NCBI RefSeq assembly: GCF_001447785.1
Contig: NW_015169777.1
Location: 1 to 64,000, forward strand
Direction of reading: 5' to 3'
DNA length: 64,000 nucleotides
Source of the DNA: Gekko japonicus
Taxonomy: Eukaryota
Made by a program: the position numbers and the translations under genes. The notes beneath the pieces are model-generated. The model saw nothing but the letters and a program-made list of their open reading frames with translations. It was not told the DNA's origin and made no database searches. Position 1 is the stretch's first letter; the number at the start of each line of letters is the position of its first letter. Below, one piece after another: positions 1 through 11,400 of this stretch.

Positions 1-30
1 CGTCGGGCGCGCAGCCATAACCGGAACTCA

Positions 31-2030
31 AAGGATGTTTTAGATCTTAAAATGAGGGTTTTATTCTTCCCATCTTTATCACCACCTCTTCATATGATAA
101 CATATTGACATATAGTTAATGTCTCTAAAGTATCCAAGTTGTTATTTCTCCAGGTTTGGAGATTATTGTATCTGTTCATTAAAGAATACTGATGTAATTG
201 GTGACAAACCCAGACAAAAACTACCCTTTAACTTATACCAAATTGCCAATATGGCGTATATAATAGAATTATCCCAAGTCAGTTTCCTGTTATCATACCA
301 AATCAGATCTTTCAATTTTAAACCATTAGAGTTTTCATAGCCACTGTAAGATTTTTCCTAACCAAATGAATTCTTTAAATATTTGTTCCCAGGCTTTAAA
401 GATATACGTTTTCACAGGTAATGTTAAATTAAGAAATAAAAACAAGATTCTGAGTAAAATATTCATTTTCAACATTGCCAGTCTACCAAGCCATGAAAGA
501 AATAGAGTACACCAAAATACCAGCTCCTTTTTGATTTCCTCAAATAATTTTGGTGATTATATTCCACAATAGAATCAAGAACTTGTTTTAACCAAATTCC
601 TAGATATTTAATTGGATGCACTGTCCATGGAATGGAGCAGATCTTAGCAATATTGGAATGTCTTGGTCTAGACAATGTGAGTACTATGTCATCTGCATAT
701 AAACAAATTTTAGAGATCAGATTCCCAAAGCTAACACCTAAAATCTTTCCATTGTCCCTTATTGTAATTGCTAGTGGTTCTGTGACCAAGACAAACAAAA
801 GGGATGAAAGGGAAAATTTCACTTTCAACACGTACTTCTAGAAAGGGATAATTTCTCTGATATATTACCATTAATGAGGACTGTCGCCCATTAAGATTGA
901 TGTATAAGTGATATCCAATTTCCAAATTTTTGTCCTAGACCAAATCTTTCTATAACTTGAACAAGATAGTCATGCTCTATCAAATGCCTTTTCTGCATTG
1001 AGAAGGAGAAGCATGATTTTGTCCTGAGTTATTTACCCTTTTTATATTACATTTATAATCCTGCTGATATTTCCAGCCAGCCGTCTGTTCCCCAAGAACC
1101 CCTTTTGTATATTCAGTATATTTAGTAATAACTTTATCCAATCTCTCAGCTAACATAGATGACCATATTTTAAAATCTGATTAAGCAGGGAAATGGGACA
1201 ATATGAGCAGAACATGTATAGATCCTTCCCTGGTTTAGAAATGGCTATAATTTTGGCTTCTGTCCCATTAAGTGGGGATTTCCTGTCTGAGTGTTATCGG
1301 ATTAATCACTGTCAATAATGACCTTCCAATTTTTTGCAGGAGTGCTTTATAAAATTCAGGAGTAAGGCTATCTAGGCACGGTGCCTTATTGCTTTTTAAG
1401 TCCTCTATAACAGCTGTTGTCTCCTCCGTAGTAAATGTTGCTTTCAAAATCTCTACATCCTGCTGCATTACCTTAGGAATCTTAACCTTCATGAGAAAAT
1501 CCTTAATAAGCTTTATATTAGGTTGACCAGAGGTGAAGAGTTTTTCACAGAAGTTTTAAAACTGCTGCATTATATCTAGATTTTATAAATCTTCCATCAT
1601 TTATTAGATTCTTTTGATTTCTTTCTGTGAAACCTGTACTAATTGTTTAGATGGCTTATTCCCGAATTCAAGATGTTTCTGTTTAATTGAATGTATCATA
1701 CTCTGGAGTATATAGGCTCTTTTTGATTCTGAGCTTTCAAATGTTCAATATTACTCAGAGCCTGAAGATTCCCCTGTTTTGAGATTGAATCTCCTTTATT
1801 AATCTTAGTTCTTGACTTTTTGCTATCCTATGTAAATCTCCATCTTTAATTATGAATTATGAACTCCTGTTACAGGCTTTGAACATGTCCCATATCACTG
1901 GCCGAGTTACTTCTGTGGTGATATTGAATAGGGAAGAATTCATCTAAACTTAATTAAATTAATTCCTGAACATCTTCTCTTCTCAAAAGCCTCCTTATTC
2001 CACTGATCCAAATCCTAATTGTAGACAAGA
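31..2030 (-). mobile_element. Degenerate L1-clade LINE ORF2 fragment (RT region)
   Basis: KAPCLDSLTPEFYK (KAPGPDG..EFY motif), LFVLVTEPLA, LYADDI, IKYLGI; many stops and frameshifts; boundaries approximate. Confidence 0.85.
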
Positions 2031-2341
2031 AAGTTTATTATAGTCTAGACTTGAAACAATTGTACATTAAACTGCATGCTGTTGATAAGCATCTCCAGTA
2101 CAAAGGATCTCGGCTAGCAAGGCTGGACTATCTCTTCTTTACCCCAGACCCTTGAGGGCCACTTCCAGTTGTACCAAACAATACAGTGCTAGCTGGACCA
2201 GTCCGTCATATGAGGCACTTCATAGGTTTAACAGTGAGAGGTGCCTAGGGCCAGTGAGATTTCCAGGAAGCCACATGGATGCTTGGAAGCTTCAGGTGGC
2301 TTGATTTCTGTAGACCTTGGTGCTTTGTTTTGTTACTCAAG

Positions 2342-2437
2342 GTAAGAACTCTGCAGCAGCAGCACCAACAGCAGCAGCAACAGCAACAGCAGGCAGCTGC
2401 TCAGGCCCAGGCTGCTCAGATGGGAGCATCAGGACCG
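2342..2437 (+). CDS. MED15: MED15 Q-rich exon (VRTLQQQHQQQQQQQQQAAAQAQAAQMGASGP)
   Basis: ctcaag| ... |gtaagt, 96 nt, phase 0-0; resembles the human VR...AQAAQMVAPG exon. Confidence 0.85.
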
Positions 2438-5400
2438 GTAAGTCACACACCCCTGAGCGCACGGGCCCATGCTGGTGGAAAATTGCATGCCAAGGTAGCA
2501 TGAAGGAGGTTCCTGGTGGCTTTCAGATGAAGGCTCTGAGCCTCCTTTCCCCTGCAGTCCCCTTTGCCTTGTGATGGAGGCAAGATTTTTGGGGCCTTCT
2601 GTGCATGTTTGAGGTGATGAGGTTGACCAAAGTGATGTGGCCATGCACCTGTTAGTGGCTGCCTGCTGGAGCCAGGTGGCTGATGGGACTCCTTGGGGAT
2701 TTCTGGTTGCTTCTGGAGCATTTGAAAACTCCCAATTGTTTTACTTCCTTTTCCTCTAATGCGAACACAGTACATTTCCCCTACAGGAGCTTGGTGCCCC
2801 TTTATGGACTGTCTGTTCTGAGTAATATGAGCTCTAAGAAGCTGCCTTATTTGGATGAGAAGTAGTTAAGAGAAGATTCTTGCAGCTTCAGGGCCACATG
2901 ATGAAGCGCCTGAAGTTCACCACTTGACGCTGGAAGAGAATGCCAGAGGCCTCAGAGTTAGATCTCCAGCTGTTCTTTGCTGTGGTTTTTCCCTCCATGG
3001 ATTGTGAAGCACTTTGCAAATGGTGGCAAGCGTTGGTAATGGCTGTGAAGCAGTGCAAAACCATGGCAACCATTTTGGTGGCCCAGCTCAGCCTGAAGTG
3101 GCCCATACTCTCGGCAGCAATTCTTTTCTGTCTCCGAACACATCTGTGAGCCAACCAAGACCTTGTCATCCATATTAGTTCACCGCTGGTGGCAGGCTTC
3201 ATCCTGTTGGCCTGACATGAATACAGGAAGGAAGCAAGGTTCCCAACCAGTGTTGTACTAGAAAGGCTTGTGAGTGATAAACCTGCAAGGGAGACATTTT
3301 CCCACTCACCTGCACACTTTAATGCAAGCCCTTCTAAAGAGCGCTTCTTCCTGCTCGATTCCAAAATATCACAAAGCCAGCAGCTGGGCAGACCCTTTCC
3401 TGCTGGCAGCGCTCTGGATGCTTGTCTCCTGCCAATAGTGGTTTAAGAGAACACAAGTGTCAAGGTAGCAAGAGGGAGCCAGTAAGGTGGGGTGGGGTCA
3501 TGTGAGGAGTAGACCTTTCTGAGGCGTGATGAAGATGAGTGCAGTGCGGATAGAGCTCATGAACTCTTGGCTGTGATGGCAGGAAGCCACTTGAAGTATC
3601 TTCTGCTCTTTGCTTAGTTCTAGGCCTTTTCATCCTGATGCAGGATGTGCCAGCTCTTGCCCACTTCCCCTTTGTAGACCCCAAATTCTCCCTTTCCCAT
3701 CCCACAACTTCATGTAGTTGGTTCTCTGCACTGCCCTTCAACAGCTATCTAGTTATGGATCTTCCATTTGGAGGAGGGGATGAGCAAATCTGGGGTGAGA
3801 AGAGCCTAGTAAGTCTTACCAAAAGATTTGGTGGCTCCCTTTTGCTTGCACAGTGTGTGAGTTGTCAGAGAGACAGAGTAACTAGCTTGCAGCAATTAAA
3901 CGGGGCAGAACATGACACGGTGGTGAGGAGTGTTCATTTCTTGACTACAAGTGTATAAGGCAGGATGTAATTAAGACTCTCTCCCCCCACATAGTGGGGG
4001 TGGCGGTGGCAAGGACTTTAAGGGTGGGCTCAGAAGACCCGCTTCTGTTGCTCTCTGGATTTCTGTTGCTTTGTTCCAAATGCCAGAAGTTCACCATTTT
4101 CTATTGTACAGCTTTTGCATGGCATTTGGTACTATGGAAGACACAGCTGTTAAAGGTCACTGGGGCATGGACAGTCTCCTTTTGCTTCTATAGAATAGCT
4201 AGATTCAAGTCCAGCAGCACTTTAGAGACCAACAAGCTTTTTGGGGTATGAGCTTTCAAGAGGCAAAGCTCCTTTCATCAGATACCAGTTTGGTGTAGTG
4301 GTTAGGAGCGTGGTGGACTCTAATTTGGGAGAACCAAGTTTGATTCCTCACTCTTCCACTTGCAGCTGCTAGTGTGGCCTTGGGTCTCTCAAGAGCAGCC
4401 CTTGAAAGAGCTCTCACATCTCTACCTACCTCACAGGGTGTTTGTTGTGGGAAGGGAAAAGAGATTGTAAGCTGCTCTGAGACTCCGAGTGAAGAGCAGG
4501 GTATAAATCCAATCTCCTCCTCCTACTCCTCCTCCTGTAGATTCATTTCAAGTTCTAGCTTCTATTCTGTAAATATCTAAGGCAAATCTGTTGTTTGGAG
4601 GTCAGCCAGTGTAGAGGCTGATATGGTGCAAGAGACATTGAAATTGTGGTCCAGATTGGGAAGTTCTTGCGATTAAGAGGAGCCCTCCCTTGGCTGGCGG
4701 TCACAATTGTTGTGAGAAGGGCTCCAGTCACTCCAGAGGGACAATTGTGCCCTTAGGAAAAAAAAATAGATGTGCTACTTGTGGAAGGTCCTGCTATGCT
4801 AATATAGGGAATTGAGTTTTCAAGCCAGCAGAGAAGATGCAAATAAAATTGTTCATTTTATTGTAATTTATTGTTTTAAATCATATTGTATTGTTTTAAC
4901 CTGGCACTTAGTGCCCTGTAAGCCGCCCTGAGCCTCCGGGGTAGGGCGGGGTAGAAATTCAAATATAAATAAATAAATAAATAAATAAATAAATCCATAT
5001 CAAAACAGGAATCCCTGCAGAGACAGATCAGTAGTTGCTAGCTAAACCCCTGGAGTCTGGGTTGGTTACTTGCATATTCTTTTTACAAGATATGTAGGTG
5101 GTAACATTTTTATAATTTGGCTAATTCTTAGCTACTTAGTGGCGGAAGAACAAATTTTTGAACCTTGCAATTTTAAGTATTTGTCCTGGGGAAGAAACCT
5201 TTGTGTGTTTTCTACCTCTCATTCCAAACAAATAGTAGTTCCCTCTTCAGGAAACTACCTTGATTATTCACATTCTGCAACACCAGGATGCATCTCCCTG
5301 CTGTACTGTGACACTGGTGGCTACTTTCTCCTGAGTAACTAGAGTGACATTTTGCTTTACAAAAAAGTTTCCCCTGCCTTACCTTACAACAATTCAGGGG

Positions 5401-8400
5401 TCTTCCTGGCAGTTTTCGGTGGGCCTTTGAAAGGCAACCAAGGAATTGTTGGCATACAGACTGGCTGACCTTCCACTTGGATTTGTCACTTGGATTTCCC
5501 ACTTTGACTCTTGGCTGCCTGCTCTCCAGTTGGAGACTGCTGGGGCAGATGGGAGTGGGGCATGAACCACCGAACTTTATTAAAGCTGCTGTTGTAACTA
5601 AATCCTGTTGTCCGTCACTGACTTCTGTGGTACTTTTACTAGGCAGTGGGCTGTATGGTCCCTATTTTGATGATCCTCACAATCCCCCCCCCCCATGAGA
5701 TTGGCTATTAATATTTTCATTTTTTTTCCTCGATTTGGGAGTGTGGGGTGAAAGGAGCAGGGTGAGGTCTAGACCCCCATCCAGCAAGTTCAGGGATTTG
5801 TACCTAGGTCTGCCCTGTACAAATTCAACAACTTGCTGGCTACATTGTAAGAAGTGTCCAGAGGAAGAATTGCTCTTCCTTGCAAGGAAACTGGTCTTGA
5901 AATTTCTGGGCTGGTGACTCGGGCTCCTGCCCTGGTGGTGCAGGGGAGATCCAGGCTGTGTCCCCCTTATATCTTCCTCTCTCTGCTTGAATAAATGTTT
6001 CCAGGGGCTTCCATTCTCAGTGTTTGCCAAGCAGTCTCCCTTGAACCCCTTTCCCCTAGACCTCCCCATAGTAATGGAGCCAGGTGGTGGTTCCACTTGA
6101 ACGGGGAGTCTTGGCAGACCTGAACCAATGGTGAAAGGAACCCTGCTTCCTGCTGCCTTCAAAGGACCTGTTGCTCCCCTTCTGAGCCATTGTTTCAGAA
6201 CAGGAAAGTGCTGAGCAGCAGCTGCTCCATCAAGATCCGTTGTAAAGAGCTGACCGTACTTCTGGCTCACCTGCTGTTGGAGGAAGGGGCCCCAGCAGGC
6301 TGGCTTCCCTCTGGTGTGGTGTGGCAAGAGGCACAGGCCCAAGGTGGTCCGCTTGCATTCTGTGCACATGCTGGCATCCGTGTGGCTCTGCCTGGAAGGG
6401 CACGTGTTCTGCCAGTGGTGCCCCCTCCCCCTTTTCCTTCAAGGCTGTGTTGCTGCTGCACCACATTTTGCTTCTGATGGCACCTCTTGTCCCTGCGACC
6501 TGTAACATTATCCATAACTGCTTGGAAGCCGAAGCTGTATGTGTGTGTTGTGCATTTTGTGGTGGCTCTTGCATGTTGAGTGTGTGCGTGTGTTAACATG
6601 CATGTTGTTTGTTTCTGAAACCCAGTCATTCATTTCCCTTTTGAAATCCTGTCTTAGACCATCCCTCCCTGCCCCAGGCCAGGAGGGGATACATTGTGAT
6701 GTCATGAACTAACAGCTGCGCTGATTTTGATGCTGTTTCTTTAAGTTGTGGCTTTTCTTTTCTCTGTCTTGATGTGTGTTCTAACTTTTTTTTGTTAGCA
6801 ACTTTGAGCTCTGTGATTCTTTCCCCAAGACATGTCGCTATGGCTGCTTCAATCCATTGACATGGAGCACTAAATATAAGGGCACCTGTCATCATTCCCA
6901 CAAGTGGCTGGGCTAGTCTAAGGATTCTAAGGGTCAGAAAGAGACAAGAGGATGGGAGTGGCTCTCAGAAATGTTTGCCCACTTAGTTGGTGGCTCAGCT
7001 ACTCTTGTGTCCATGTGCCATATTTGGGCCTGCACCTTATGTCAGACCACAGTGTATGTGAGTCTGTATGCAGGGTGAGGGGGGTGGCATTGTCTGTGTT
7101 GCACAGCCTTCGGAGAGAATTGGACCCAGCCTGGGCCTTAGATAGGACCCAATACAGGCTGGGACCATGTGGTGGGGTGGGGGACGGTGCCCATTGAGTA
7201 AGAGCCACGCATCCCATGTTGGCACCCAATATAGATCCTTGGCAGCCAACATTCAAATCAGATCAAATGTTTAGCCAGTTTGTGGTCCAAACCCTCAGCC
7301 ATTTCAAAATGGGTCCCTTTTTTCCCATTGGATTCTAGCTATCAGTCCACTGGGTGTCCTTGGCAGGTAGATGGCCTTTTGGTAAAGCCAAACAAGGAGT
7401 CTCTCCAGAGCAGGTTTATGCCAGGGTTGGTGTCCTGAGACTAGTTCACCTGGTTTTCACCTCCTTGGAGGCTGCATGTGCTTCTCATCCTGCCAGTGTG
7501 CTGCATTTCTCGTTTTGCGATTACTTTTGTCTGTCCCTCTGTCCTCCCAAGATGATCACCGCAACTATGGCCCGAGGTGGGATGCAAATAAGACCACGGT
7601 TCCCGCCTACCACCGCAGTATCTGCCACGCCTCCAAGCACCATTCCTTTGGGTGGACAGCAAATGCCTCAGGTATTTACTGAAGCTGACAAACATTGCAG
7701 TTGGGGATTCCGCGAGGGTTAGTGGAGATTGCGCCAGCCATCTGCATTGTCCGAGGGCTGATTTGTAGGTTGTGTTCAACTGCTGATGTGCAAATTTAGC
7801 AGCTTGTCATGCAGCTTTGTAATATATGACAAGGAACTCTTGCAATACCCTTAGATCAGCTTCTGGAAACATGGAACTTCAGACAACCCCTTTCTTGCAG
7901 AAGAGATACTGAAGGAGTTCACAGCTCACATGAATGGACAACATGTAAGCTGCTGATTTGGCCACTGATGTGTGCCTAACATGGACGTAAACTCTGAGGC
8001 AGGGGGTGGCTACAGAAGTCACTCCAGAGATGTGTATTCAGTGCCAGCAGATGGATTCTTGTCCCTCCCTGGATGTTTAAATTGGTGTCCATGTTACTGT
8101 CTCTCTCCCACATGCTATGCCCAACTGTGCATTATAGTTGCTTCTCTTTCTCCTCCCTCACCTCCAGTCTTTCACCTGAGAAGCTCAGTGATGCATCTGC
8201 CTGCTTGCTAAGCCCAGCTGCAGCCAAGTCTGTTCTGGTCTAGTCCACTCCAGCGCGCAGAGAAGTCCCTTCTGTGTGACCCTTCTTTATCCCTAAAGTG
8301 AACCATTGCAGGGCTTGCCAGGTCTGGATCAAGAAGCATATCCTTGTTTCCTTCTAGAATTCTTCTGGTGGGCTCAGGAGGTCCAACGAGGACCTCAACC

Positions 8401-11400
8401 ATTACACTTATGGAACAGTCACATACTTCAAATTGCTGATCCTAAAGACAGTTGGAACTGACTTTTGTTCATTTTTGTTCTTCTACTGTATAATCAGTCA
8501 TTCTTGCATGAGAGAGATGTCATGGATTTGAATATTGACAGATTGTGAGAGGACTGACTGTCCAAGATCAATACCCAAAAGGTTTATGGATTTTCACCCA
8601 CATCTCCAACACCCACAGTTAACATTGACTACATCGTATCTTCACTGTAAGAAATCTTGGGAGGAGCAACCTCTGTTTAGAATGCTCTAACATTCTCACC
8701 GTTTGCAAAGGCATTCCTCCAGTGGTTCCTACCTTTGTTCTGGAGATGGAGCTTCCTTAAGCCTGTTTTGGTATTTTCTTTCCAACACGTTACACAGTCT
8801 AGTTACACACTCTTAGGAATGTCCTGGGGTACATTATGGGACTTGGATAGCATCCGCTTGAGAAAAGCCAGGACAAGCCCTGCACTGGTTGCATGCCTTA
8901 CAGTGAACCAGGCTGCATCATAAGGGGCTTGCAAGCTTAACCGATATCATAGAATTGTTTCTCTCCTCTCAAGTGTGAGCTTTTTAGTCTTACTGCTTTG
9001 ACCTTGCACTGCACATATGAGGTAGGTGGCTGTTTTAGTTTTTACAGTGGGAGAACTGAGGCTGAAGTTGGTAATTTCCTGAAGGTCAGTCAGTGAATGT
9101 GTGGTTCAACTGACAATTGGGGAACTAGGTCTCCTTTGCTAATGAAATGGGATACAGTCACAACTGCAACCATTAGTTCTGAAGAAGGAGATGCAAAACC
9201 ATCATTAGATCAGTTTGGTAAAACGGATATGTAAAGAAAATGCTTCAGGGAACAGATTTAAAAGGTAACAGAGTCTCTTTATATTACCGGAGAAAGATAG
9301 CTATAGATGTTAGAAGCAGCTCTCAGGGCACTGCCGAGCTGAGATTGTTCCCCAAGTATAGTTTGCCCACCATTGCATCTACTTGCTCATATTTTAAAAC
9401 ATTGGAAGTAGATGGGCATCATCTAAGAACAGTCTAGTGCAGCTGCTGATGTTGCCGGTTCTGGATGCATGAAAGGATGCATGCACACACCCAGGTCATT
9501 CATGAACACTTGTGGCCCTAGGTTGCACTCCATCAAATGAACCTAAATGAATAACTACTTGTTTGTGAGAATTGTACTACAGCAGCAAAGCCCAGTCCTG
9601 GCACTCTTGAATGAGCAGAGTTCTGTTCTGCAAAAGGGAACTCTAGGCAGTCAAGGTCCAACCTGGGTTGGACATCTGGCCTTAAATCCCACATGACAGT
9701 TTGACTTGGGAAGTGTGACATCTCAGTAGCTGTGTAACTGGTGGGCCCTTGCAGTGCATTTAAATAAACGGCTGCCAGCATTTAAGATTTATATAAGTTG
9801 GGAATAACAGTTTCCCTCAGTTCCTTACAAACATTCAAAAGATTTTCTCATTTGTGGGGATAGACAATATTGGTAGAACTTCGTGTAAATGTACTTTCTT
9901 TTCTCCTTTTAGCAATTAAAGCGTCTGTTTTTATATAAACATAGTTGGGAAACTCATCTACTGCTAAAGATTGCTTACATTAAAAGGAGTGTTTCAAAAT
10001 CTGGTGAAACAAAGAAAGTGTGGTTAACTTGCAATAGTTGATTCACTTTAAGGACAAGCTTTTATTCTAGCATAAACTTCATCTACTAGAGCTCACTTTG
10101 TTAGATACATGTAGAGGAACGTCACTAGGTAGAAAACGAAGATTTCTTCTTAAACAACAGAGTTAAAGGGCCATGAAATACAGGGTGAGATCATTAGGAC
10201 CCCATATATTTATTCTTCCTCTGATGTGATATACACCATCCTGTGTCAGCAGTGCCCTTTTGCTCTTTACGTATGACAGACAGCTCAGTCCCTATGCAAA
10301 GAAAGGACTTAACACTGACATTAAGGATGGCAATATTCAGGAACCAGTTGGGAGAACTGGCACTGATCTAAGAGACACCATTATTCATCAGAAGAACTTC
10401 AAAGTGAGACTTCTTGAAAAATGTATTAGCTAATTTATTAAATAATTAGAGCATATTAAGAAGTTTGATATCATCTCCGAAGCACTTACAAGGATTTGTG
10501 ATTCCTCGGCCATTACACATGGCTCTTTGACATACAAAAGTTTATACTAGAATAAATACTGGTTTAAGTGCCACTAGACTCCGATTTATTTCACAGAAAT
10601 AGACTAACACACCTATCCCTCTTGAAATATGACCAAGATAATTACCTTGAGAGCAAAAGAGCCCGATTATTCTTTTTTAAAATTTTATTGAGTTTATTAC
10701 AACATGTATACAAAACAAGAACACATCAGTATCATACAACCTTGTGATAAGTAAGATATTGAACATATAAGATGCATAGAGCATCATACAAAAATATTTC
10801 TCTACTATATTGCATTAGGGAAGTGGATCGTAACACCAAATTTAAATCAGCCAGCTACCAAACATAGCATACAACTCTAAATTTGTCTTTTTTGTAAATC
10901 CAAGGCGGAAGCAACTTCAAGGTAGTTGTTTCTCAGAGTAAATGAGTCTCTTCTATTTTAGTTCAAGTCTTGTGACAGTATGATGTTATAGCCCCCTAAC
11001 TAGACACACAGACGGCCTGGTTTGAGGGTGGGAAGATCATGATTAATTGGGCTTCTTCATTCGGATTTTAGAGAGCTTGTCTGGTCTGTGAAGGGTCTCC
11101 CACTGAGGGGCTGGAGACTTTGCCTGGTCTTGTCTTCTAATGCTAATTTTGTTAGACTTTGCAAACATTGAGGGCAAAATTGTAAACACTGGCAGTACTC
11201 AGTATTGCCTACTACAATCAGCTATTTCTGTGTACTGGGTGCTGAGCATAACTGGAGGTCCTGGGGATCAAACCTGAGATCTTTAAACATGCAGAGGATA
11301 TGCTCTGCCTCCCAGAAGATCATCTTGGCCATTTGGTTCAGCATGTTCTATGAGCATGCCCTATTGAGGAATATGGTTTTGTTGCATCAGATAAAGAGAT

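Noticed and set aside
2940-3300. Plus-frame KWPILSAAILF resembling the bornavirus nucleoprotein FPNLASAA motif
   Set aside because: Spacing to the upstream motifs does not fit, the frame has stops, and codon pattern favours the opposite strand; no support for an endogenous viral element.
4190-4285. Possible Penelope-like terminal repeat (similar traces at about 10040-10620)
   Set aside because: The resemblance is from memory only and too degraded to delimit, so it is not reported as a feature.
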